Part shown: one piece after another, positions 1-16,779 of the stretch
Numbering within the stretch: position 1 is the first letter of the stretch
How the letters are laid out: every line of letters begins with the position of its first letter
Program-made: the position numbers and the translations under genes
NCBI RefSeq assembly: GCF_018350175.1
Contig: NC_058384.1
Location: forward strand, 67,890,001-67,954,000
DNA: 64,000 bases
DNA from: Felis catus
Taxonomy: Eukaryota
Direction of reading: 5' to 3'
Notes under the pieces: model-generated
Seen by the model: only the letters and a program-made list of their open reading frames with translations
What the model was told of the DNA's origin: nothing
Databases searched by the model: none

Positions 1-670
1 CCATATTCCTCCTAGTATTTCATTTGCAAATTCATACTGCTAACTTTCAGCAAGAGTGACTGCGGATACAAAGTTGAATACAAAAGTCCTGCTGTAAAGC
101 CAAGCTCGGCTGTGCCTGTATGCAGACAGAACAAGGAGACTGCAGTGCTGTGTGATGTTCAGTGCTAGAAGTTTCCAAACATCTCAAACTCTTCCCCTCA
201 TCTCCGTTTCTTATTGCCACTGACTTATTTCAAGCCTTCAGCATTTTTTCACCTAGGTTATTTCAGAAGCCTCTATAAGGGGCCCTATACTCTCTCAGGC
301 CAATTCTTTTCCCACAGTCTGCCAGAGTTACCTTCCTAAGATTCAAATGCAACATGTCTTTCAAACCTCTCCATCTTCTGTAGGGAAGGTTACCTGTAAG
401 CTCCTTAAAATGACCTACCAGGCCCTGCAAAATTTGGACCTAATTTCAATAGCCTCTCTTCTGAAAGTCCCTCTCTTGAAAGCCAGGACTCTAATCATGC
501 TGAAAGGCTTTGTTCTACCTTGTCTCCAGCCCTCTGCAAATACTTTCTCTGCCCGGTATGCTTTTCCAATTCACTTTCCAAGTGTTGCCTCACATAGTAT
601 CTCCTCTAGGAAACTTAGAAACACACTTCCAAGTCTCCTTTCCCCAACTAGATCTAATCCAGGGCTTTCT

Positions 671-878
671 TTCTTTTTTTAAAGTTTATTTCTTTATTTT
701 GAGAGAGAGAGAGAGAGAGAGAGAACAACTGGGGAAGGGGCAGAGAGGGAGAGACAGTATCCCAAGCAGGCTCCACATTATCAGTGCAGAGCCTGACGTG
801 GGGCTCAAACTCACCAACTGTGGGATCATGACCTCAGGTGAAGAGTCTGATACTTAACCAACTGAGCCACCCAGGCGC
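671..878 (-). mobile_element. Can-SINE (SINEC_Fc-like)
   Basis: Reverse-oriented tRNA-derived head (..GCCACCCAGGCGCC), (GA)n linker and poly-T. Confidence 0.85.
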
Positions 879-1699
879 CTCTAGTCCAGAGCCTTCTTAC
901 AGTGTTCATGGCAGCTCTTGTCACAAGGCTGCCATTATTCGTTTACAGGTCTTTCTCTCCCATTAGACTGCGGGGTCCCAAAGAACAGGAGCCTTGCGCC
1001 TGGCACACACCGTGGATACTCAGTAAATGCTTGCTGAATGAACGCATGATCCGGAAAGGTGTTCGTGGAAGAGGAAGGGAATTTTCCCCTCTTTCCTTCC
1101 AACCCCTTCATTACCCTTACTCTTCTATTTTAGGGAACCTTTCCTAAACCATTTCTGGCTAACCGATCTACTCTCCATCTAACTACCTTCCATCCCAGCT
1201 CCCCTCTGATATGTCCTGAATTAATATAATTACTCTCAGGTTATTTTTTCTTTTTCCTTTCTATGTCTCAGTTCCTTCCATCATGCCTCTAACTCGGTCC
1301 AGTTTGTCTCAAGGGCTCCTCCTTCCTCTTCTCCACCCCCCCCACCCCTTTTCCAACTCAGTTCATTTACACTTCCACGTATTATGTGTGAGTTCGGAAC
1401 ATACAGTTCTCGAGTGTCTTCCCCTCTTTCAGCACCTGATTCTCCATCCCTCCTTTTCTCAAACCCTTCCTCCACGGCCTTACCTCCTGACCCACAGGTG
1501 CGTACCTTTCGCTCAGGACAAAAGGGGGCCGCCCCTCCTTGCGGCGGCTAGGTAACCGGGCTGTTTTAAGAACTGGATATTTACTGGCCGTGCCGGACAA
1601 TCAGACCTCACCACCACGCCTCAAAAGCGGTGTGGAGGGGCGACACTCGTAAATGACAACTTCCAGGTCCCTTTTAAACCTCCAAACCTCACAAAGTAA

Positions 1700-2480
1700 G
1701 CCGCAGAAGTGTCATGAAGACGGCGCAAGACAGAGGAACGAGCTGAGCAGAAAGGCCGCGCGGCGGGACTGAGCGCGCCCGGCCAACCCCGCGCCCCGCC
1801 GCCGGCGCGCTGGAACCCCCGCGCCCCCGCAGCCCCCGGCGCTCCTATCGCCGCGCCCGCCAGCTACGCGAGGACGCGGCGGCGTGCGCGCCCTGGGGGC
1901 GGGGCCCGGGGCAGCTGGGCGGGGGCGCGGGACGTGCGTACGTGCGTGCGTGCGTGCGCGCTCGCGGTGNNNNNNNNNNNNNNNNNNNNNNNNNNNNNNN
2001 NNNNNNNNNNNNNNNNNNNNNNNNNNNNNNNNNNNNNNNNNNNNNNNNNNNNNNNNNNNNNNNNNNNNNNNNNNNNNNNNNNNNNNNNNNNNNNNNNNNN
2101 NCCGGGAACGAGGCGGGAGGTCCCAGGGTCTCGGGTCGGGGGGGTGGAGCCGCACTTCGTCGCCGCGGGGGTGCCGGGACTCCGGCCGCAGTGCCGCCGC
2201 CATCACGGACTTCCTGTGGGACAAGCGCACGGGCCTCGCCGCCAGAACGGTGAGCGCGCGGGCTGGCGGGCCGCGGGGCCGCGCGGAAAGATGGCGACCG
2301 CGGGGCGGGCGGGGGTAGCCTTGGGCTGGGGGCACGGCGGCGGGGCGAGAGGAGAGGAGGAGGAGGGTAGGGACCTGCAAAGCGGCGGAGGTGAGGGGTA
2401 GGGAGCAGAGGTGGGAGATGAGCGTGCCTTGGACGGACCCGGGCGGACCCGGGAGGACCTCCAGCAAACTTGGGAGGGGC
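1700..2480. promoter_or_regulatory. CpG-island promoter of CLK2
   Basis: Very GC/CpG-rich, with GC boxes and a YY1 motif AAGATGGCG at 2288-2296. Confidence 0.8.
2102..2249 (+). other. CLK2: CLK2 exon 1 (5' leader), visible part
   Basis: Ends AGAACG|GTGAGC (donor 2250-2251) and would splice directly onto the ATG at 3848. Lies in a CpG island; its 5' part is in N-run 1970-2101. Confidence 0.8.
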
Positions 2481-3847
2481 CCGAGTAGGGGAAGGGGTGA
2501 TGGAGCAGGGAGGGGAGCGGTTCCCGAGAGGAGAAAGAGCAGAATATCAAAGTTGGAGCGGGGCTGGAGATGAGGAGGACCCGCCGTGTCACTGGGAGGG
2601 CATGGAAGGAGTTTGACTCCAAGAGTTCGTTCTGGATTTTCTGAGCGAGAAAGGAGGGGGAAAGGTTTATAAGTTGGGAAAGGTAAACTGCAGGTGCTTC
2701 TGGTGGGGAGGGGCGTGAGAAACTTTGGTGGCCGTGTGCCCTGTGCGGAGAGGATGTTTGTGTGGCTGTGCTGAACAAGCTTGGGTTACCCTGTGGCGGG
2801 GGGTGAAATCTGCAGCTCGCGTCTTTGCCACGGGCCTTCTAGACCGGGACCGAGTCCGATATCACCCTCCTCGATTTGAGGAGGTTGGGAAGTAGAAAGC
2901 TCAGAATGAGAGCCAGATGTTGGAATCATTAAGCCTTTCCACACCTAACCCCCCCCCCCCCCCGCCCCCAAGACTTCAGTCCCTGGGCCTGTTGAATTTT
3001 ATTTTGCTGTCATATTTTTATCTTTCTGGATTGTGACAGTGATTTCTCTCTTGATTTCTTTCCTTTAAGGAAGAAAAGCGTTTGTGCACCATGCCATTCC
3101 GATTCCAATAACTAACTGGAAGGAGGCCAGCTTTTAGCCAAGCAGTGCTGATACTAATTAAAAACCAGTTATTCTCTATTTCCTAAGCAGGAGGGGAGGG
3201 GCAAGTGGAAATCAGACTGCAGCTTGGGGCCTTCTGTATTAAAAACTTTTGAGGGGAGTTTGGCCCGTGGTGATAGCCAGTGAGAGTTGACTAAGGCAGT
3301 TCAAGAGGTCAGACCCAAGTCCCTGGAGCCTGCCTATATTTGGTGTATGCCACCGCATGTAGAAACCAGGTATGCTGGATTGCTGCCCACAGGACACAGA
3401 ATGGTCTAGTTGGGGAGGTAGAGATACACTCTTCATTGTAAAACGTGTATTGTGATAGCATATGCTAAAATGTTACCCTGGTGGGTTGTGAGGAACTCGC
3501 ATGGAGTCGATGCAGCTTAGACTCCGGCCAGGGGTGAACCGTGGCAGTGTGCATCAATTACACAGTCTCACCCGGAATGAGCTGTGGCCCCGACCCGAAG
3601 ACTTCACGGAGCCAAGTTTGAGGAAAGTCCATAGAGCAATGAGAGGAAAGGGCTGGGGGCGCGGGGCAGGCTCCTAGAGTTTTCTAGTGGAGTTGTTAAG
3701 TGATACGTAAGGAAGTTGTAGGAGGTGAAAAGAGGTGGGAGTGGCAGCAGAAAGCAGCTTCGCGCCCCTGGGGCAGCCAGTGCTTGGAGGGGAGCTCCGA
3801 AAACTCCGAGCCTGTCTCCACTATTCCTCTTTCTCCTTTTCTTCCAG

Positions 3848-6800
3848 ATGCCTCATCCCCGAAGGTACCATTCCTCAGAGCGAGGCAGCCGGGGGAGTTA
3901 CCACGAACACTATCGGAGCCGGAAGCATAAGAGACGAAGAAGCCGCTCCTGGTCAAGTAGCAGTGACCGGACCCGGCGGCGCCGGCGGGAAGACAGCTAC
4001 CACGTCCGTTCCCGGAGGTGAGGCTTCAGGGGGAAAAACCCCTCCTCGGGGTCGCTCACTCATTTATTTACTCAGCAGAGATTTATTGGTTAGATGCTGA
4101 GCGGTTGGGGTAAGGGGCCACTCAGGACTGTTACCAGAATGAGCCATTTGCACTGTGGTGTTAAGAGTGCTATCATAGAGGAAGGGCGTGGTAAGGGGCT
4201 GAGGAAGCATCTAGCAGTTTGGTTGGATTGGGGCAGGATGTGTAATTCAAGAACCAGGGTGAAGTGTCTCGGGCGAAGGGAGAGGAAGTGTAGAAGAGTA
4301 GGGTCTAGAGATAGCTAATGACATAACAGACAAGACAAAGTGAGGTCTGCGTGTTCAGCGTGGGAGGGGTGGGTTAAGGATAGTTTGGAGCAAAATTGGG
4401 TGTCAGTCAGGAACGACTCAGGAAAGAAATGGCTCTTTGTTCCATCTGTTATGTCACTAGTGGCAGGCGGGGGGCGGGGGAGGCCCCCAGAGGGAGCGGT
4501 TCTGCCTGTGTCCCTTCGGGGGTCTTGGTGGCATGCAGGTGTGGGGATCCTCGTCTGCTCTTAATGATTTCACTCCTCTGGTCCTTGGTCCTCAGAATGA
4601 CCCCATGAGTGTCTGAGAGCAGTTCTTCCAGCATCGTTCTTTGTCCTTGTTGAGGGAGGACCTCGTCCTGTCGTGGGGCAAGGAGTGTGGCCTGAACAGA
4701 TGCACCTAATGGGTGTCTGTTGTCCAACAGCAGCTACGATGACCGTTCATCGGACCGGCGGGTGTACGACCGGCGATACTGTGGCAGCTATAGGCGCAAC
4801 GATTACAGCCGGGACCGGGGAGAAGCGTGCTACGACCCGGACTACCGGCACTCCTATGAGTACCGTCGGGAGGACAGCAGTTACCGCAGCCAGCGCAGCA
4901 GCCGGAGGAAGCACAGGCGGCGGAGGCGGCGCAGCCGGACGTTCAGCCGCTCGTCTTCGGTGAGTGCTCGCCCAGGCCCTTCCTCTCCCCACTCCTCTCC
5001 GGCCCTCTAGGACCCTGGTAAGTGAGAAGTACCCTTGTTTTTAGCTGAGCACTGGGGCAGGAACACTGAGGTGGGCACTGAGTCTCTGCTCTCTCGGAAG
5101 CTCTCCAGCTCTCGGAGGGCCCTGGAATCTGCTTTGGAGGTGGACGGGCACGGAGCATTTGTACCCCGGTGCCTTCCTCGGCATGCTGGGCCTGTTGTGT
5201 TGGGGACAGCTCCTCTGTCCCAGACGCCTCCACTCTGTAGTGGAGACCTTGCCTGTGAATTGCCTTTCTCCCCCAAGCTCTGGGCTCCACGGCCCCTCAG
5301 TAGGTGGGCTCGGGTGGGGGCAAAGGGAGATCGGTGCCTGCCTGGAAGGGCATTGTGTAGAGCATGGGGTTGCGGGTGACATTGGCAACGACACCACTTC
5401 TCTGCTCTGCCCGTTCCNNNNNNNNNNNNNNNNNNNNNNNNNNNNNNNNNNNNNNNNNNNNNNNNNNNNNNNNNNNNNNNNNNNNNNNNNNNNNNNNNNN
5501 NNNNNNNNNNNNNNNNNNNNNNNNNNNNNNNNNNNNNNNNNNNNNNNNNNNNNNNNNNNNNNNNNNNNNNNNNNNNNNNNNNNNNNNNNNNNNNNNNNNN
5601 NNNNNNNNNNNNNNNNNNNNNNNNNNNNNNNNNNNNNNNNNNNNNNNNNNNNNNNNNNNNNNNNNNNNNNNNNNNNNNNNNNNNNNNNNNNNNNNNNNNN
5701 NNNNNNNNNNNNNNNNNNNNNNNNNNNNNNNNNNNNNNNNNNNNNNNNNNNNNNNNNNNNNNNNNNNNNNNNNNNNNNNNNNNNNNNNNNNNNNNNNNNN
5801 NNNNNCAAGTCACAGCCTCTTGCCTTTCCTCAGTGGTGTTGTTTATCTGGGTGGTTTGAGTTGCTGTTGAGAATTGACCTCTGCTGTCCACTCCCAGCTC
5901 TCATGGCCCCTGGGTTAAAGGTGGTGGGAATCACACAGGGGTGTTCTTCCCCTGTGACCATCTGTATCTGTTCCCCCTTCCTTCATCTCACCCCAGGTTG
6001 CCGTACCCTTTTTTCTTCCAACTCAGCTCATTCCCCACCTTCTCTCCCTCCCTCTCCCCGACCCTGCTCTGTTTCATTTCAGATGAAATTGTCAGCACGT
6101 TGGGAGAGGGGACCTTCGGCCGGGTTGTCCAGTGTGTCGACCATCGCAGGTAACTATAGCCCCTCCCTGCTCCGTACTCCTAGGCGTGGCGAGGTGCTGA
6201 GGGTCAGTCTGGGGGTGTTTTTGCTGATTGGCCAAAGGTAGGATTTCTTAATCCCCGGACAGCCCCGTTCATTTTGAGATGTTCTTGACGACCCAGCAAA
6301 AACCTCTTCTGGCCACCACAGGGGTGGGGCTCGAGTCGCCCTGAAGATCATTAAGAACGTGGAAAAGTATAAGGAAGCAGCTCGACTTGAAATCAACGTC
6401 CTGGAGAAGATCAACGAGAAGGACCCTGACAATAAGAAGTAAGCAGCAGAGGGGTGTGTGGGGGTCTGGGAGGCTCCGCTCCTGTACAGGAGAACCCAAA
6501 CCCTCCCGGCCTGGGTTAGGCAGGCAGGGGAGTCCTGGGCCTTCTCATCCATTCATCTTTTCGTCATCATCTTAGACTAGCAGGACATTAGGGCAGGAAG
6601 AGAGGGTGTGTGACATTGTCTAGTCTGTTCCCCTTGTTGTCAGGGCACTTAGATTGCTCTGCACTTTGGCTCCAGCCAGGGTGGCCTCTGTAGAGCTCTG
6701 CCCTGGAAATGGCCCTGAGACTGAGAATCAACATTTTCCGTGAAAAGTCACTTGAGCTTTTTGATATCTAGAACCGTGTTGCCGAGGCGACAGACATTTA

Positions 6801-9800
6801 CGTGTAATATTTGTGTCCACGCGCCTTTTGTAAGCCAACGTGGAAGAAGGGCATTAAGGAGACGGCCAGTAGAAACACGGGGCCCACTGGCAGCCGATGG
6901 TGAATGGATCTCAGGAGTGGGAGCCGGGGTCCGGGTTTAGGAATGACAGTTTGACAGTTCAGGGTCCACACCGGAGACCGGCACCAACAGCTCTTCAGCA
7001 AATGGAATCTTTTTTAACTATTTAAAATGATGCAGGAAAATGGTGTGAACCTTGGGTCTGCCAGAAAGGCCGTTCGCTGGCCGAACTGAATTGTGTTGGT
7101 CATACTGCCCGGCAGGTTTTTACCCGAGGATGTGGACTCAGCTGCCCTGCAGCCCCTCCTTGTTGGAAGGGTGGTGGGCAGATAGGAGCTCATCAGACCN
7201 NNNNNNNNNNNNNNNNNNNNNNNNNNNNNNNNNNNNNNNNNNNNNNNNNNNNNNNNNNNNNNNNNNNNNNNNNNNNNNNNNNNNNNNNNNNNNNNNNNNN
7301 NNNNNNNNNNNNNNNNNNNNNNNNNNNNNNNNNNNNNNNNNNNNNNNNNNNNNNNNNNNNNNNNNNNNNNNNNNNNNNNNNNNNNNNNNNNNNNNGTGGG
7401 GCGGGCCGAGATGGACTCTGGGGCAGCCCCTCCCTCTGTTGGGCCTCTTCTGTGTCAGTGAGCAGTGGTGAAGCCCCTAAACTGTCAGCTCGATTATCTG
7501 CAGTTCTTTCATTCACTGTCACGTTGACACCTCCTTAACTCCTTGACCAGTGTTCTCACCGTCATCGATTGGTCTTCCTCCACATCCAGCCTAGCAGGAG
7601 CTGGAAGAGAAAGCCTTTGAAATCAAAGCATTGATTGGATTACTTCTTTTTTCCTTCATTTCCCTTTCTTGGGAAAGTAGAAGTCAGGTTGCAAGCACAA
7701 AGAGACAAAAAGTCTGCCCTAGCTAGAGGCTTACATTTGTCTGAGCTGAGATGCTCTCTGTTTCCACCAGAGCAGGTGCAGCCAGGGACTAAGGCAAACA
7801 AGGGGCCAGATGGGGGGTCCAGACACAAGTACGTGGTTCCCCTTGGGTCTTCCCGACTATGCAGTTTCCCAGAGTTGAATTCACGGAACGTCAGATAGGC
7901 ACGCACATCAAGGAACAGAACTGCAACGCGTAGCAAACTCTTTGTACGTCAGTTGAGGATCATGTTTGTTCTCTGATACTGATAAGCATTGTGCTTCTTA
8001 GACCAGGCATTTCATTTGGAAGTAGGGCAGAAAGCAGCCTAGTGATTCTGGATCTGCCTCCTCACCAGCTTTGAGCCAGGTGACCAAGCTTGGGGTCACT
8101 GGTGCCAGTTCGCCCTGGCCACCTGGAACAACCCTGACTTGGTNNNNNNNNNNNNNNNNNNNNNNNNNNNNNNNNNNNNNNNNNNNNNNNNNNNNNNNNN
8201 NNNNNNNNNNNNNNNNNNNNNNNNNNNNNNNNNNNNNNNNNNNNNNNNNNNNNNNNNNNNNNNNNNNNNNNNNNNCTTAAAGCCCCTCTCTCCTCCCTGG
8301 TACTTTCTCCCATGTTCTCTCCCAGTATGGCTCTGACTAGGTAAGCCCGAATACCAAAATAGAGTGAAAGGGAGAGATTTAAGGGATGCTTGGGGGGCTC
8401 AGTCAGTTAAGTATCCAACTTTGGCTCAGGTCATGATCATGGTTCATGAGCTCGAGCCCCCGCGTCGGTCTGTGTGCTGACAGCTCGGAGCCTGGAGCCT
8501 GCTTCGGATTCTGTGTCTCCCTGTCTCTCTCTGTCAAACACAAATAAACATTAAAAAAATTTTTTTTTAAGATTTAAGAAGATATACTTTGGAAGAGAAC
8601 TTGGAAGGAGGAGCTCAGAGAACTTTCCAATAGAGAGCAAATGCTTTCAAGATACTTGGTTGGGGCTTTTTTTCTCTGTAGGAAAGCTCAGTTCTGGACC
8701 TATTCTCAGAAGCACCGTAGTACCAGTGCGTGGGAAATGTCCGCATACGCAGGGACTTGCGTGCTCTCCCATGATCCCGCTCCTAAGTCACCTGCAGGAT
8801 ACGGGGAAGCTGTAAAGCAGATTCTCCTTTGTGCATGGGAGCAAGCAGGGGGTGAAGTTGCTTTTTTTCAGGCTTGAAAGCACTCTAAAGAGTAGTGGTA
8901 GAATCTTGGTCTCAGGTGGCTGGGTCCATCCTCCTCCTGCTCTGCTCCTAGAAGCGAGATGAACGCAGCGTGAAGAGCACAGCTGTGCGGGTGGTGGACT
9001 TTGGCAGTGCCACCTTTGACCATGAACACCACAGTACCATCGTCTCCACTCGCCATTACCGAGCACCAGAGGTCATCCTCGGTGAGTGGGGGCGAGTAGG
9101 GGAATGGACTCGTCCAAGGGTGGGCGGTGGGGAGGGTGGGGCCCCCTAAGCACCGTCTAACACCTTGTTCCTCCCATTCCCACTAGAGTTGGGCTGGTCA
9201 CAGCCTTGTGATGTGTGGAGCATAGGCTGCATCATCTTCGAGTACTATGTTGGCTTCACCCTGTTCCAGGTAAGCGGTGGAGTGTCTTATGTCCCCACTT
9301 GGCATTTTCCTGCCTGGGTTCCTTGTCTGCCAGGGACCTGTCTGCTCACTCCTCCCCTTTGCTAATCATCCCGGAAGCTGGTCCTCAGCAGCCCGTTTGC
9401 AGCACCGTGCTCAGTTCTGTCTTCGTTTCGCAGACGCATGACAACAGAGAGCATCTAGCCATGATGGAAAGGATCTTGGGTCCTATCCCTTCCCGGATGA
9501 TCCGGAAGACAAGGTGAACCTTGAGTTGGGGGGAGCTGAACCCTTTTTCCTTTCTCTCCTCAAAATTGGTCGATTTCACACCATTTTCTTTTTTCTTTGA
9601 CACCTTCCCTCCTCCCAGCCACTGTAAGATGGGGGAATAAGGGAAATGTCCCCCAACAAAAGGGACCTCCTGATTCCTCAACCTCCCCTTCCCCTCTAGG
9701 AAGCAGAAATACTTCTATCGGGGCCGCCTGGATTGGGATGAGAACACATCAGCGGGGCGCTACGTGCGAGAAAACTGCAAACCACTGCGGGTGAGCCAGG

Positions 9801-10509
9801 CTGGGGATACCTTGCGCCCACTGGCCAGAGGGCATTTCCTTCTTCAGGTGGTTTGCCCCTGGAATGCACTTCACAAGAGAGGGTTAGGAAAGAAGGGGGG
9901 AAACCGAAATGCCCCTTTGGGTAGCGTAGAGATACGAGGGAGTGGTTTTGTGGAGGGAAGGAGGTTAGATAGCCATGGATTTCTTGAGCCAACCAGAGAT
10001 CACAGTAATGTCCTGGGTTCTGTAGGTCAGACAGAAAAGAATAAACCACCTTTGAAGAGCTTACATTTTAACGAGGAGCTAAAGAAGATTCATGACGTTG
10101 ACAAGGATATACAAGCAGAAAGAACCTTCAGAGAGTATGAAGGAGTAATTGTGCTAGTGGGAGGGAGTTGAGCAGTAGTATCCGCAGCGCTCGTAAGGTC
10201 GTGTTCCCAATAGCATTCATAACGGCAGAGGCTTGGTCCTCTGAGGTTGAAAGTTAGGGCCTTGAAGAAAAAGGGCAGGAACTGTAAGGCGTCGTGCCTC
10301 ACCTTTTCCCTGCCCTCCACCACCAGCGGTATCTNNNNNNNNNNNNNNNNNNNNNNNNNNNNNNNNNNNNNNNNNNNNNNNNNNNNNNNNNNNNNNNNNN
10401 NNNNNNNNNNNNNNNNNNNNNNNNNNNNNNNNNNNNNNNNNNNNNNNNNNNNNNNNNNNNNNNNNNNNNNNNNNNNNNNNNNNNNNNNNNNNNNNNNNNN
10501 NNNNNNNNN
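3848..10509 (+). CDS. CLK2: Dual-specificity SR-protein kinase CLK2 (12 coding exons, three masked and one mostly masked)
   Basis: Visible GT-AG coding exons: 3848-4017 ([16 protein letters not shown]), 4731-4959 (RS-rich), 6083-6149 ([14 protein letters not shown]), 6322-6438 (VALKIIKN), 8952-9081 ([18 protein letters not shown]), 9187-9269, 9434-9513, 9700-9790, and last exon from 10327 (RYL). Exons 4, 7, 8 and most of 13 fall in N-runs 5418-5805, 7200-7395, 8144-8275 and 10335-10597. The stop position is estimated from the human length. Confidence 0.97.
8384..8570 (+). mobile_element. Can-SINE in CLK2 intron 8
   Basis: GGCTCAGTCAGTTAAG..TCAGGTCATGATC head; flanking AGATTTAAG duplication. 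Confidence 0.85.
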
Positions 10510-10834
10510 NNNNNNNNNNNNNNNNNNNNNNNNNNNNNNNNNNNNNNNNNNNNNNNNNNNNNNNNNNNNNNNNNNNNNNNNNNNNNNNNNNNNNNNNAGC
10601 CGGAGCCAGCTCCTTCCTCCTGGCTCCCTGTATACCTGTGAATATGTGAAATAGTGTAAATACGGAAGAACTTGTACCTACTGCTTCGTCCCCAGCCTTG
10701 TACAGAATGCTGTTCCTTCCCACACTCTTCCCGCCGTCACCTGCCCCCTCGCTGTTGAGCTGGACAGGGCAGGATGAGGTGACCGGGTGGCATCTATCCC
10801 ATGTTTTATAAGGAATTTTGTACAGTCTTTGTGA

Positions 10835-10840
10835 AATAAA
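10835..10840 (+). terminator. CLK2 polyadenylation signal
   Basis: AATAAA downstream of the last exon. Confidence 0.8.
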
Positions 10841-11422
10841 AATGACGTGCTTCATGCGACCCCCACCCCTGGAGTTCGAGGTCTGGGACGCTGGGCTGGA
10901 GGGATGAGAAGGCCGGCCACCCTTCTGAGTTTGTGGACCCAGGGGGTCCATCCTCCCCCCTGCACCGTCCTGAGCCCGGCCGCCGGCTCGTCCGGTGTGT
11001 CGCGAGAGGGTTGCGGTGGCCGGGGAGTTCCTGTGGGCCGGTCGGGGGCACTCGTCTGAGTGCTGTGCCGGGGGGCAGGGGCCCGGGCCAGCCGGACTCC
11101 GGTTGCGGAAGCGTGCGCAGGGCCTGCGGCGGCTCCAGCCGGTTGGCGGGCCCGCCCTCCGACGCGAGGCCCGCCGGGACGTGTAGTTCGTTGCGGGGCG
11201 GGGCCGCGGCGTCACGTGGGGCGCTTCCGTCCTCGCCCGTAGCGGAGGCGCAGGCGCAGCCGGCCGCCGCTGCGGGGATCCTCGGGACCCTTCCGGTCTC
11301 CGCGGCCAATCCGTGCACGGCGGAGCGGGCGGACCGACGGGAGCGGAGGGAGCTCCGGGAGCCGCCGCCGCCGCCGCGCAGGGGCGTGGAGGGCAGGGGC
11401 GGCCCAGGCCGCAGTTGCAAAC

Positions 11423-16443
<5,021 letters not shown>

Positions 16444-16727
16444 CGCCCGTCGGGGCTGCCCTGGCCCTGCCGCTCGGGGGAGCTCACTTAGCCCCCCTCC
16501 CTGAGGTCTCTGGGACTTGGTGAGGCGCGCTGCTCGAGGCCTTCTTTCTAGTGCCACCCGCTCCCACGGCCGTGACTGCTGACCCTGACTTCGGGATGCG
16601 GGGAGCCCACTGTGACCCAGTCTCCGCTTGCCCCGCCACCCCCCAATTAGGCCACACTACTGCCAGCTCTTACACACCCCAGCCCAGCGTCCCTCTGCTG
16701 TGCCAAGGCTGTTGCTTCGGTTATTTA

Positions 16728-16733
16728 AATAAA
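16728..16733 (+). terminator. SCAMP3 polyadenylation signal
   Basis: AATAAA about 285 nt after the stop codon. Confidence 0.8.
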
Positions 16734-16779
16734 AAGAAAGTGGAACTGGAACTCAAATCCCCGTTTCCGGCATCTTTAT

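Noticed and set aside
1-1500. Possible HCN3 sequence upstream of CLK2
   Set aside because: Only old L1/L2-like fragments and a SINE were seen; no HCN3 exon was recognised.
4728-4733. NAGNAG acceptors at CLK2 exon 3 and ENTREP3 exon 6 (19485-19490)
   Set aside because: Real motifs but a common feature that changes only one residue.
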